Notes: a model not told the origin generated them from the sequence alone. A stretch of 32,000 nt of DNA from Trichodesmium erythraeum IMS101 (GCF_000014265.1 NC_008312.1:2400001-2432000); one strand, 5' to 3'. Counted from the first letter of the stretch, positions 1 through 9,596 are shown. Translations and numbers: made by a program.

Positions 1-650
1 GTTAGTTTATCAGCCCTAATACTGTCACGATATTTTCTAGAAACAGACGCTTTATTTAAACTATTTGCCAAAACTCCAACAGCAGTACCACCAAACTCTA
101 AAGTTCCTAACATTGCCTCTTGATCTATCCCTTTTGCACCCCCAGAAATTACATTAATACCTTCAGACGCACAAACTTTTCCAACTTTTTTTGTATATTC
201 AACTTCTTCTTCATTAATATCACGAGAACCCACTATAGCTAATCCACCCTTTTCCAATAATTCTATATTTCCTACACCATAAATAATTACAGGAGCCAAA
301 TATTGCAGATTCTGTTTCCATTTTATAGGATAATTTTGGTCACTTCTTGTAAGTACCCATAAACCTTGGTTCACCCACTTTTCCAGAGTAATAGCTAAAA
401 TTCCACCTCTTTCCAATAGAGCCACTAACCGCTCATAGTTTAATTTTTTATCATTAATTTTTGGTAGTATATCTAATCCATTTTTACTTAGTAAATATCC
501 TGGTCTAACTTGATTTTTAATTAAAAAATTAGCAACTATATTATACTCAATTAGAGTTAAAGGTTGTGGCTGTATATTTCTATTTTGACCAAAACTAGCA
601 CATAATAATAAAGTCACTTGTGCATCTGAAGATAAAACATGATTAAGCAT
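1..650 (-). CDS. DprA/Smf-like DNA-processing (Rossmann/SLOG) protein; first 216 codons only, the 3' end lies beyond the window start
   Basis: Absent from the supplied ORF track because it is open at the window edge. My reverse-strand translation from the ATG at 650 gives MLNHVLSSDAQVTLLLCASFGQ...NYPIKWKQNLQYLAPVIIYGVGNIELLEKGGLAIVGSRDINEEEVEYTKKVGKVCASEGINVISGGAKGIDQEAMLGTLEFGGTAVGVLANSL... This matches the DprA core pattern (YP..L....P..L...G, IVGSR, SGGA.GID..A, GG.T..VLA). There is no in-frame stop down to base 1. Confidence 0.7.
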   Translation of the reverse strand, partial: MLNHVLSSDAQVTLLLCASFGQNRNIQPQPLTLIEYNIVANFLIKNQVRPGYLLSKNGLDILPKINDKKLNYERLVALLERGGILAITLEKWVNQGLWVLTRSDQNYPIKWKQNLQYLAPVIIYGVGNIELLEKGGLAIVGSRDINEEEVEYTKKVGKVCASEGINVISGGAKGIDQEAMLGTLEFGGTAVGVLANSLNKASVSRKYRDSIRADKL

Positions 651-830
651 TTTTATTGGATAATTTTTGAGCAGGTATCTCTATTTTATTATTTAGCAAA
701 AAAACATAGTTGAAAGGAAATAAATTCACATAACAATATTCAAAAAAAAGAATCTACTTAGGATGTGCTTTCTAAATCTTTTTAAGAACTAGGAGACCCA
801 AACCTAAACCCCTTATACCATTTCACCTAA

Positions 831-978
831 GTCAAAAGTCAAAAGTTAAAAGTTAAAAGTTAAAAGTTAAAAGTTAAAAGTTAAAGTTTAAAAGTTAAAA
901 GTTAAAGTTTAAAAGTTAAAAGTTAAAAGTTAAAAGTTAAAAGTTAAAGTTTAAAAGTTAAAGTTTAAAAGTTAAAGG
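831..978. repeat. Heptanucleotide microsatellite (GTTAAAA)n, about 21 units, with GTCAAAA and GTTAAA+GTTTAAAA variants
   Basis: Read directly: gtcaaaagtcaaaagttaaaagttaaaag... The period is 7, and 6+8 variants keep a 14 bp register. It lies in the spacer upstream of the DprA-like start. Confidence 0.95.
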
Positions 979-1791
979 TTAGGTTTTTCCGGCATAAAAC
1001 TTTGACCCTACAGTAATTTTAGGAAATTATTTGATATCTAAAGTTTTAAACTATTTATAATATTATTTATGACATTATTTTTGACCCTTAGTGTTATAAG
1101 AGTAATTTTTTAACAAAGGGGTAAGTAATCACTATTATTCAGTATAAAATATCAACAAAAGTATATTTGATTTTATACAATAACATAGCTAAAAATTTCT
1201 TCTAGCCTTCATCCATTCATCTTCTCAAATTTTTTTATCAACTTTAATATCAAAGATAAAAAATATACCCTTATAAGTCTCTAACCCCTTCTAAGAAAAA
1301 AAAGAAAGTAAGTAAGTAGAAAAGTTATATTAAACTGACTTAAGTTTGAACATATAATTTATAGAAGAATTAGTTGGATATATTTATGCCTAAAACTTTC
1401 TGCTATAGTTATCAAAAAAATACTAATACTAATTTAATAAACATCTATCATACTAATTTTTTTTGAAGTCAGACTACACATACCTTAACATTTTAGTTTT
1501 TAGACTTACAGCTAATTTTGGACAAATGATGTACAGGGTCAATAGTAAAAATCATGTAATGCAGGTATCTTACCCACGTAGGCGTACCTCATAAACCTCA
1601 AATATGCTGTAATAAATTACTCTTACAAATTTTGTTTAAGTTAATCAAATTTATATTGCACTTTCTTAACTAGAGAAGCACAGGAGTAGGTAGAGACCTT
1701 ACATAAAACCTCCCTAAAACATTTATACAATTAACACGCTTTTGAAATACTAATTATCAAAAAAAACTATTGGTACAATATTAATTACTAA

Positions 1792-2667
1792 ATAATTAAA
1801 ATTTTATCCAAGAATAACATTTTTTTTTAAATTGGCATCAAACTGGTTATTCTCCATACCGAAAACCAGACACTTTTTCCATCAAAAAAATACTCAAGCC
1901 TTTATAGCTTAATACCTTAATATTTTATGCATTCAACATAATTAAAATTTTATCCAAGAATAACATTTTTTTTTAAATTGGCATCAAACTGGTTATTCTC
2001 CATACCGAAAACCAGACACTTTTTCCATCAAAAAAATACTCAAGCCTTTATAGCTTAATACCTTAATATTTTATGCATTCAACATAATTAAAATTTTATC
2101 CAAGAATAACATTTTTTTTTAAATTGGCATCAAACTGGTTATTCTCCATACCGAAAACCAGACACTTTTTCCATCAAAAAAATACTCAAGCCTTTATAGC
2201 TTAATACCTTAATATTTTATGCATTCAACATAATTAAAATTTTATCCAAGAATAACATTTTTTTTTAAATTGGCATCAAACTGGTTATTCTCCATACCGA
2301 AAACCAGACACTTTTTCCATCAAAAAAATACTCAAGCCTTTATAGCTTAATACCTTAATATTTTATGCATTCAACATAATTAAAATTTTATCCAAGAATA
2401 ACATTTTTTTTTAAATTGGCATCAAACTGGTTATTCTCCATACCGAAAACCAGACACTTTTTCCATCAAAAAAATACTCAAGCCTTTATAGCTTAATACC
2501 TTAATATTTTATGCATTCAACATAATTAAAATTTTATCCAAGAATAACATTTTTTTTTAAATTGGCATCAAACTGGTTATTCTCCATACCGAAAACCAGA
2601 CACTTTTTCCATCAAAAAAATACTCAAGCCTTTATAGCTTAATACCTTAATATTTTAAGCATTCAAC
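1792..2667. repeat. Tandem array of six head-to-tail copies of a 146 bp unit, essentially identical
   Basis: The unit start ataattaaaattttatcc recurs at 1792, 1938, 2084, 2230, 2376 and 2522, giving a period of exactly 146. The only difference I saw is tattttaagc versus tattttatgc in the last copy. No unique spacers separate the units, and no ORF of 60 aa or more lies on either strand. Confidence 0.97.
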
Positions 2668-2845
2668 TATTAGCAGTTAGCTCTAAACTTTTCCTAGGTC
2701 ATGCCAAGCAAAAAAATGAAACTTAGCTAATGATATTTTCAGTGTCAAACTTTTAATTCTTCTGGGAGAATAACTCCTCATTCTAGCTAATAACTAATAC
2801 CTAAAAGCTAAATGCTTACCTCCCAACCTCAGTCTTCTTTGTTCC

Positions 2846-4948
2846 TTATTTAAATCTATTTATTGCTAAAGCCAATGGAAAAACTTTACCAGAACCAGCA
2901 TTTCGTAAAAGCGCCGCAACAACAGTAAAAGTCCATCTTGAGTCTACAATATCGTCTACTAAAAATACATTTCCCCTAATTCCCTCCCAATTATAAACTT
3001 TAAAAGCACCATCTAAATTATGAGCTTGTTGGTAACTATTAGTCATGTCTTTTTGTAGTGAAGTCTGACGAATTTTTATAATACATGGAACAAAGGGTAA
3101 ACCTAATTTTTTAGCAAGACGTTGAGCAAAATTAGGAACAAGTTCCGGATGTGTTAAAGAGGGAATACAAGTAACCCAAGTGGGAAAAGGTTGAGGCTGC
3201 CAACGTTGAATCATATCGTATGTAGCTTGAACTAAGCTATCCTCAAAATGATTATCTTTATACTTACCTTTTTCAACAAATTGGCCCCAACCAGCATCAT
3301 TCCAAATAGAAAGCGATCGCCCAATTTCTGCTTGTAAATCTTTAGATATTTTGCCTGTTAAATTATAAGTTAATAAAGCATTCTTCCGCCAGACTTTCCT
3401 CGTCTCAATAATTTGTTCCCTAGTTCGTAAAAATTGTACAGCTTCTGTCACAAACTTTGAGGAAACATTCCCCGGTAAAAGTGGTTTTCCTAAGCAAATA
3501 GCACATTTACCACAAGGGCTAGGATTTGGGTCATCTAATTCTTTTCTCAGAAATTGCATTAAACATTCTTGACTGTGCATATAATCCAACATTCGATCCT
3601 GTTCTTGATGGCGTATTTCATTCAATCTTGCTATTTTTTCTGTGTCCGTTTGATAATTAATTGGGGTAGCATAATACTTTGACTGTATTTTTTTTATTGG
3701 GGATGGAGTTTCGATAGATAATAACTTCAAAACTTTATTTATTTGCCCATTAGTAAGATTCAACTTTTCCTCTAACATTGGAACAGAAAGACCATCTTCA
3801 GCTTGATTTAATGCATCCAAAATTGCCTGATTATGAGCTTCTGGAGGAAAAGCAGTTTTAATAAAATAATTAGTAATTTCTTTATCTTCTTCACCACTTA
3901 GAAGAATACCATAGGCATTTTCTACTGCCCTACCAGCACGACCTACTTGTTGATAGTAATGTACTACAGATCCAGGACGTTGATAATGAATAACAAATCC
4001 TAAATCTGGTTTATCAAAACCCATTCCTAGAGCTACAGTTGCTATTAATGCTTTAATTTCATTATTCAATAATTGCTGTTCTAATTCTTCTTTCTCTTCC
4101 GTATTTTTCTTACTATGATAAGCTGCTACATTTATTCCTTGAGACTTCAACCAATTAGCAACTATTTCCGTATCTCTCACAGTTAAAGTGTAAATAATTC
4201 CACTGCCAGGAATATTAGGTAAATGTTCTGCTAACCATCCTAAACGATCACAATAAGATGGCAAATAAATATTTTGTAATTGGAGGCTATCTCTAGTTAA
4301 TAAACCCCTAAATATTTTCAGATTTGCACCTAGTTGAACAGTAATATCATCCACAACTCGATTATTAGCAGTAGCAGTAGTAGCAAGCACAGGAATATTT
4401 TTTGGTAAGGCTTGTAAAATTCTCGCAATTCTTCGATAATTAGGACGAAAATCATGTCCCCAATCAGAAATACAGTGAGCTTCATCAACTACAAATAAGC
4501 CGATATTTTTAGCTATATAAATTAAAATATTTTCTCGGAAGTTTTCATTAGCTAATCTTTCAGGAGAAATTAATAAAATATCTACTTTTCCTACCATTAA
4601 ATTATTTTCTACTTTTTCCCATTCTTCCTTGTTACTAGAATTAATTGTTTGAGCCCTAATTCCAATTCGTTCGGCAGCAGCAATTTGATTTCGCATTAAT
4701 GCTAAAAGTGGGGAAATTAATAGAGTAATACCCTTACCTTTATCCCTAAGTAAACGAGTAGCTAAAAAATAGACAAAACTTTTACCCCAACCAGTACGTT
4801 GCACAACTAAAAGACGGCTTTGATGTTCCGTAATAGCTGCAATAGCCTCCCATTGACCATCACGAAATTCAGCTGTGGAATTATTTAAAGCCCGCCTTAG
4901 TAATGATAATGCTTCTTTTTGAATCATATTAATTTTTATATTAAACAC
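2846..4948 (-). CDS. RecQ-family DNA helicase fused to a C-terminal ComFC-like / type-I phosphoribosyltransferase-like domain
   Basis: The 700-aa ORF carries RecQ motifs: TGWGKS (Walker A), VDEAHCISDWGHDFRP, ATTATA, YQQVGRAGR and the Cys cluster CGKCAIC. The last ~110 aa read as ComF/PRTase: TCIPS..FAQRLAKKLGLPF..RQTSLQKDM..NLDGAFKV..GNVFLVDDIVDSRWTFTVVAALLRNAG. The track start at 4948 is a GTG. The ATG at 4927 (MIQKEAL...) is the more likely start. Confidence 0.85.
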   Translation of the reverse strand: MFNIKINMIQKEALSLLRRALNNSTAEFRDGQWEAIAAITEHQSRLLVVQRTGWGKSFVYFLATRLLRDKGKGITLLISPLLALMRNQIAAAERIGIRAQTINSSNKEEWEKVENNLMVGKVDILLISPERLANENFRENILIYIAKNIGLFVVDEAHCISDWGHDFRPNYRRIARILQALPKNIPVLATTATANNRVVDDITVQLGANLKIFRGLLTRDSLQLQNIYLPSYCDRLGWLAEHLPNIPGSGIIYTLTVRDTEIVANWLKSQGINVAAYHSKKNTEEKEELEQQLLNNEIKALIATVALGMGFDKPDLGFVIHYQRPGSVVHYYQQVGRAGRAVENAYGILLSGEEDKEITNYFIKTAFPPEAHNQAILDALNQAEDGLSVPMLEEKLNLTNGQINKVLKLLSIETPSPIKKIQSKYYATPINYQTDTEKIARLNEIRHQEQDRMLDYMHSQECLMQFLRKELDDPNPSPCGKCAICLGKPLLPGNVSSKFVTEAVQFLRTREQIIETRKVWRKNALLTYNLTGKISKDLQAEIGRSLSIWNDAGWGQFVEKGKYKDNHFEDSLVQATYDMIQRWQPQPFPTWVTCIPSLTHPELVPNFAQRLAKKLGLPFVPCIIKIRQTSLQKDMTNSYQQAHNLDGAFKVYNWEGIRGNVFLVDDIVDSRWTFTVVAALLRNAGSGKVFPLALAINRFK

Positions 4949-5020
4949 CCAGCTTTTAAAAGTTGAGTAAATTTGGGAAAAACCTTGCTAAAATACTTTA
5001 GTAACTCTTAAATACGACCC

Positions 5021-5527
5021 GTGATTGCAATTTATCCAGGCAGTTTCGACCCCATTACCTTAGGTCATATAGATATTATAGAAAGAGGCTGCAACCTGTT
5101 TGAAAAAGTAATTGTAGCTGTCCTGCGAAATCAAAGTAAGACCTCTTTATTTACTATTGAGCAGCGTTTGAATCAAATTTGTCATTCCACAAAACACCTG
5201 CTTAATGTAGAGGTAGCCAGTTTTGATGGTTTAGCGGTAAACTATGCAAAAATGCAACAGGCTAAAGTCCTAATTCGAGGTCTACGAGTTCTTTCAGATT
5301 TTGAAAAAGAATTACAGATGGCCCATACTAATAAAACCTTGTCACCTGAAATAGAGACAGTTTTTTTAGCTACCTCTAATGAATATAGTTTTTTAAGTAG
5401 TAGTGTAGTTAAAGAAATTGCTGTTTTTGGTGGCTCAGTAGATCATCTCGTTCCCCAGCACATTGCTATTGATATTTATAAATGTTACGACAAAACTCAG
5501 CCAAAGCCAATATTGAACCAGAGGTAA
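5021..5527 (+). CDS. coaD: Phosphopantetheine adenylyltransferase
   Basis: The N-terminus [23 protein letters not shown] is the classic PPAT nucleotidyltransferase signature, and the 168-aa length is typical. The start codon is GTG. It is divergent from the helicase gene. Confidence 0.92.
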   Translation: MIAIYPGSFDPITLGHIDIIERGCNLFEKVIVAVLRNQSKTSLFTIEQRLNQICHSTKHLLNVEVASFDGLAVNYAKMQQAKVLIRGLRVLSDFEKELQMAHTNKTLSPEIETVFLATSNEYSFLSSSVVKEIAVFGGSVDHLVPQHIAIDIYKCYDKTQPKPILNQR

Positions 5528-6150
5528 ATGGGCAAAATGTCGAGAGTCAACCTGCCAGTGGTTCCCCTGGAGTAGATATCCAGCGAGAACTGAATAGGCT
5601 GGAAGAGATTATTCTTGATAGTCCTAGAATACCTTTCGTGGGGCGCACTTTAATAGATGAAGAACAGTTATTAGACCAACTAGATATTGTACGCCTGAAT
5701 TTACCAGTTGCTTTTCAGGAAGCTGAAATGATTGTTCGCCATAAAGATGATATATTTCAAGAAGCTGAACTTTACGCTGAAGAAATTATTGAAAATGCAG
5801 AACAACGAGCTTCTCAAATCTTAAATGAAATGGGCCTTGTACAGCAGGCTAAATTAGAAGCAGATCAACTTAGAAACCAAGTTCAGCTAGACTGTGAAGC
5901 AATTCAACAAGCTACTATCACTGAAATTGAACAAATTCGTTATCAAGCTCAACAAGAACTTGAAGAAATGAGAGCTAGAGCGATCGCCGAGTGTGATGAA
6001 ATTCAGAATGGAGCTGATGACTATGCTGACCATGTACTTGATAGTATTGAACAGCAGTTAACAAATATGCTGCAAGTTATTCGTAATGGCCGTCAACAAC
6101 TAGGAGGAGATGGAACTTTAGGAACTCCCTTAAATCATACTAATGACTAA
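5482..6150 (+). CDS. Conserved coiled-coil protein (DivIVA-like / ATP-synthase-b-like helical repeats); function unknown
   Basis: The 222-aa ORF has a long heptad-like helical region rich in E, Q and A ([36 protein letters not shown]...). It overlaps the end of coaD by 46 nt. I saw no alternative in-frame ATG or GTG before residue ~83, so the start is uncertain. Confidence 0.6.
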   Translation: MLRQNSAKANIEPEVNGQNVESQPASGSPGVDIQRELNRLEEIILDSPRIPFVGRTLIDEEQLLDQLDIVRLNLPVAFQEAEMIVRHKDDIFQEAELYAEEIIENAEQRASQILNEMGLVQQAKLEADQLRNQVQLDCEAIQQATITEIEQIRYQAQQELEEMRARAIAECDEIQNGADDYADHVLDSIEQQLTNMLQVIRNGRQQLGGDGTLGTPLNHTND

Positions 6151-7660
6151 TAGCATAAGGATAACTTAGTTGACAATTTACAAGTTTTACAGTCCCCAAT
6201 AACTCAGTTATTCTCAGTCAAATAAGTCAAAAATTAAATTTATTCACAAGATCTAAAAATTTCTTAATGACCGTTTAAGTTAATTGATAATAGCCCTAAT
6301 TATGTCCTGCAGGAAGTAAACCAAGCATATAAATACTCTTAAAACAAATACTCAGGACAAATATCATTGACTGAATCAAAAAATAAAATCAAATAAAATC
6401 AAATAAAATAGGTTCTCTCAACTCATGTTAACTTATATCAAATTTAAGTAATCTAAACCTATTCGGACTCAAAATAATAAATATCTATTCTATCCTATTT
6501 ATCCTACATTCCGCACAATAAAATTTAGTCCCTCACACCCTCCCTCAGCTATTATGCCTAAGGGAGGTTTATTGCTATCCCTAGCTCTGATGCCAGTTCA
6601 TATTTCATTAGATACCCTACAATTTTTTGAAGGAAGGTAAAACTTAATCTTAGTCAAACTCCTTTCTTAGTTTTCCCGTTTTTTTGTCTCAGATACTCAC
6701 CCATAACTAATTAATTAATACAATAATAACATATATATTCAAAAAAATAAAACAAACAAAAATACCAAATTCTAGAACTATTCTTTAAACCAACTTTTTT
6801 TGTAAAACATAATCATAAAAATCGGAATAATATTAACTTATTCAATAGCATTATTTTAGCTAATTTTATAAGTAAAAAACTATATCTATTAATTTCGATA
6901 TGAGTCTCAAATTCTTAGTTTATATCTATTAGTTTCGAGATAATTATCAATTTATTCCGCTGCAAAGTTAGCATAAAAAGTTGAGTATAAGTTAACAGCT
7001 TGCTTACTTCCTGAACATTTTTTAACATAGTACCGTTTATTTATGTCCGACTAATTACTAAATCTAGTTTAGACACGAAGTTAGTTGATACACCAAAGAT
7101 TATTTATTATTAAGACTAAAAAAACAAAACTAGAAAACAGACTCAAATTAAAGATACACGTACTTTAGCCTCAAAAAAATATCAATCATAAATTAACAGC
7201 AGTTTTAGGTATTTTAAGAGCATCAACATAATTATCTTATTTAGACTAACCTTATTGATACTTTTTTCTCCCAGAAAATTTATAAATCACACTATGAAAC
7301 TGTATTCATAATTATTCTCATTTAACTATCTTCTTAGAGCTTTCTGATTAAATATAAAATCACTAATATACAAAGATTTATTTTTTTTGCCTTGAAAAAA
7401 TACCTAGTTTTTCCTCCTTCAAGCTCATGCATATTAGCCTTTTACCCACCGCCATGGCAGAAAGCAGCAGGGGCAAATATATCCAACTACATCCTCTATA
7501 AATTTTCTGTTTCTCTCTACAGATATTACATGCAAAGTTCTTAGTTACTCCCGCGCACAAGCAAAAAAAAGTGGCGCAACAGCCCCTCAAAAATCAATTC
7601 CCAGAAGAAAGCTCAGTAGAAATATCAGCCCCTAAAAGGCAGAAAATATGTCACATTAAC

Positions 7661-7828
7661 TAGATTTCCTATTTTGAACATATTCTTTAGTCTTAGATCA
7701 ATAATCAATCACTTTATTATATATCGGGTCTATAAATAATTTTCTAGATTTCCTATTTTGAACATATTCTTTAGTCTTAGATCAATAATCAATCAATTTA
7801 TTATATATCGGGCCTATAAATAATTTTC
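7661..7828. repeat. Direct tandem duplication, 2 x 84 bp (82/84 identical), spanning the stop codon of the rca-like gene
   Basis: tagatttcctattttgaacatattctttag... starts at 7661 and again at 7745. Copy 2 contains the last 9 codons plus the stop of the 7801..9072 ORF. Copy 1 repeats them downstream of the gene. Confidence 0.95.
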
Positions 7829-9072
7829 TCAACTATCCGTCGCTTCACATTCCCATCAATACCAATCAAACGAACATAATCATTTTGATGTTTAACTAAA
7901 CAATTTTCTACAGCATTTATCACCTCTTTTACTTCCCCATTCTCTATTTTTCCACAACTTTTCCATGAACCAGTTTTATATCTACGTTTATCTGCATATT
8001 CCATCCCAATTTTTCCACCATCTTCGAGAATTTTTTGTATTTTTTCCCTCACTTCTGAACTAAGATTACTACTTTTAATACTATGATTAATCCGATTTGC
8101 ATTTAACTTATTTTCCGTAGTTACTTCGGGAAATAATCCATTAGAATTTGGCGTAATATTTTCTCGTTGACTTGTTTTAAAAACACCAAACAATCGAGAT
8201 TTATTATATTCTTCTACTAAACCCAATTCTCGAATACGTTCTTGTTCTCCAACCATAATTTTTCCATACTCTAGAAGACGGGAAACATTAAAAGTAGGTT
8301 GAGGAAAATCGGGAATCTTTTCTACAGAATTTACTACCCGCCTAGAAATTTTTTCTATTCCTACTTGGTGAATAAAATCACGAATTTGTTCATCATATAT
8401 CCGACTTCGTAAGGCACTAAAAAAATCGATAGCCTGGTCAGAAAATTCATCTATTAAATTATCAATATCTCCTGTAGAAAGTTCATCTGTTTTAAATATG
8501 CTACCTACTATGCCAACTCTATCTTCTCTATTTGGTTCCCAATAAAATTTCTCCATTCGACCATCTCTAATTAAAGGCGCATAAAGAGTAGAAAAATCAT
8601 TTCCAGTCACAATAATTGGTATTCGATGTAAGGGAGTTTCATCGTAGCTGCCTGGTAATTGTACATTTGTAGGGTTATCAGCAATATTCATTAAAGTAGC
8701 ATTTACTAATTGAGTATTTACCGTATATTGAGTACCCCCATCAAATCTACCAGCACCTGCATCTAAGTCATTAATAAATAAAGCACACATTCGACCTTGA
8801 ACTTTAACTTTTTCTGACGCTTCTCTATAACGTAGACGTAATAAACGTGCAGGATCTCCCGCATCTTTACTTTCTAATTCTCCACCAGATATTGTGACAG
8901 GTTCTATTCCCATTTTCTCAAAAACTAATTGGCATTGAAATGTTTTTCCTTCTCCTTTTCGTCCGTGTATTCCTATTATTAAAGGTACCCTTATTCTGGG
9001 GATTTCTAAGAAGTTTTTGGTAATATGTACTGCTAGTTTATCTATGAATCTAGGTGATATATAATATGGCAT
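7801..9072 (-). CDS. rca: Rubisco activase-like AAA+ protein with a C-terminal RbcS-like (SSUL) domain
   Basis: MPYYISPRFIDKLAVHITKNF...PLIIGIHGRKGEGKTFQCQLVFEKMGIEP..GELES..AG.PA.L.R.RYREA is the Rca AAA+ N-terminus and Walker A. The C-terminal ~90 aa (IGMEYADKRRYKTGSWKSC...VRLIGIDGNVKRRIVEKIIYRP) resembles the Rubisco small subunit. Confidence 0.88.
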   Translation of the reverse strand: MPYYISPRFIDKLAVHITKNFLEIPRIRVPLIIGIHGRKGEGKTFQCQLVFEKMGIEPVTISGGELESKDAGDPARLLRLRYREASEKVKVQGRMCALFINDLDAGAGRFDGGTQYTVNTQLVNATLMNIADNPTNVQLPGSYDETPLHRIPIIVTGNDFSTLYAPLIRDGRMEKFYWEPNREDRVGIVGSIFKTDELSTGDIDNLIDEFSDQAIDFFSALRSRIYDEQIRDFIHQVGIEKISRRVVNSVEKIPDFPQPTFNVSRLLEYGKIMVGEQERIRELGLVEEYNKSRLFGVFKTSQRENITPNSNGLFPEVTTENKLNANRINHSIKSSNLSSEVREKIQKILEDGGKIGMEYADKRRYKTGSWKSCGKIENGEVKEVINAVENCLVKHQNDYVRLIGIDGNVKRRIVEKIIYRPDI

Positions 9073-9322
9073 TTATTTTAATTTTTTTAGTATAAATAAT
9101 GGTTTGATACAGATTTAAAACAGATAACAATTAAGCACAAGGAAAGAATATCTAGATAATTACTCAGAAAAATTAGAAATAATCCTGTACATTTAGGTTT
9201 TGATTTGAAATAAGTAACTATACTACTGCAATATAATGAATCATTAAGCTTTGAGTTGATCATACTACTCATATACAATTAATGCAGTAAGGTATTTAAT
9301 TAATATAAATGAATTAGTACCT

Positions 9323-9380
9323 ATCTTCAGGAATTTTTCCCAGTCACAATACAGAGATATTTTATTTTGTGAATCTCCCA
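9323..9380. repeat. Copy 1 of a 58 bp dispersed repeat containing the inverted repeat TCACAA-N19-TTGTGA
   Basis: atcttcaggaatttttcccagtcacaatacagagatattttattttgtgaatctccca aligns without gaps to 9597..9654, identical at 51 of 58 positions. Confidence 0.85.
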
Positions 9381-9596
9381 TAAATAAATAACTGTTTTTT
9401 CTTGATCAAATCTTTCTATCTATACCTCCTCAGCAGAATATACCAAGAACTGAATTTTCATTTTATGAAGCTCATTCTGGTTAATTAGATTTGCTCTTCC
9501 ATTATCACAATTTTTGTGATATAACTAATTATGTAACTATATACATATATGTATGACTTTTTATTCAATATAGTTAACTAGCTCAGAGAACATCAA

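Noticed and set aside
1792-2667. I considered whether the 146 bp array is a CRISPR locus.
   Set aside because: The units abut directly with no unique spacers. The unit is far longer than a CRISPR repeat, and no cas genes are in the window.
6539-6567. A short GC-rich hairpin (cctccct-N15-agggagg) and similar CCTCC/GGAGG-containing patches at about 11075-11150 and 13795-13835. I considered them as a dispersed REP/MITE-like family.
   Set aside because: The similarity between the patches is loose, and only some fold convincingly. A family cannot be established from three short matches without a genome-wide search.
7378-7590. A 70-aa track ORF (Cys-rich, MRGCCATFFCLCAG...) lies in a GC-richer island downstream of the rca-like gene. 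On the minus strand I also noticed GGGGCTG... (tmRNA-like 5' end) and GTGCGCGGGAG (group II intron-like 5' end).
   Set aside because: The ORF has no start context or motif support and looks like a composition artefact. No tmRNA TTCGAC/acceptor or tag region follows GGGGCTG. I found no group II domain V-like hairpin downstream. An SRP-RNA-like AGCAGC stretch lacks the GGAA tetraloop helix. The island could still be an ncRNA, but I cannot support any call.
9200-9260. I looked for NtcA (GTA-N8-TAC) or CRP-type (TGTGA-N6-TCACA) sites upstream of the rca-like gene.
   Set aside because: I found only a GTA-N7-TAC with the wrong spacing. The TCACAA...TTGTGA repeats have reversed arm order and N19 spacing, so no canonical site is supported.
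9087-9278. A 63-aa minus-strand ORF just upstream of the rca-like gene.
   Set aside because: The peptide is AT-rich, low-complexity and rich in I, L, S and Y. It lies in the probable promoter or leader region, and nothing supports it.
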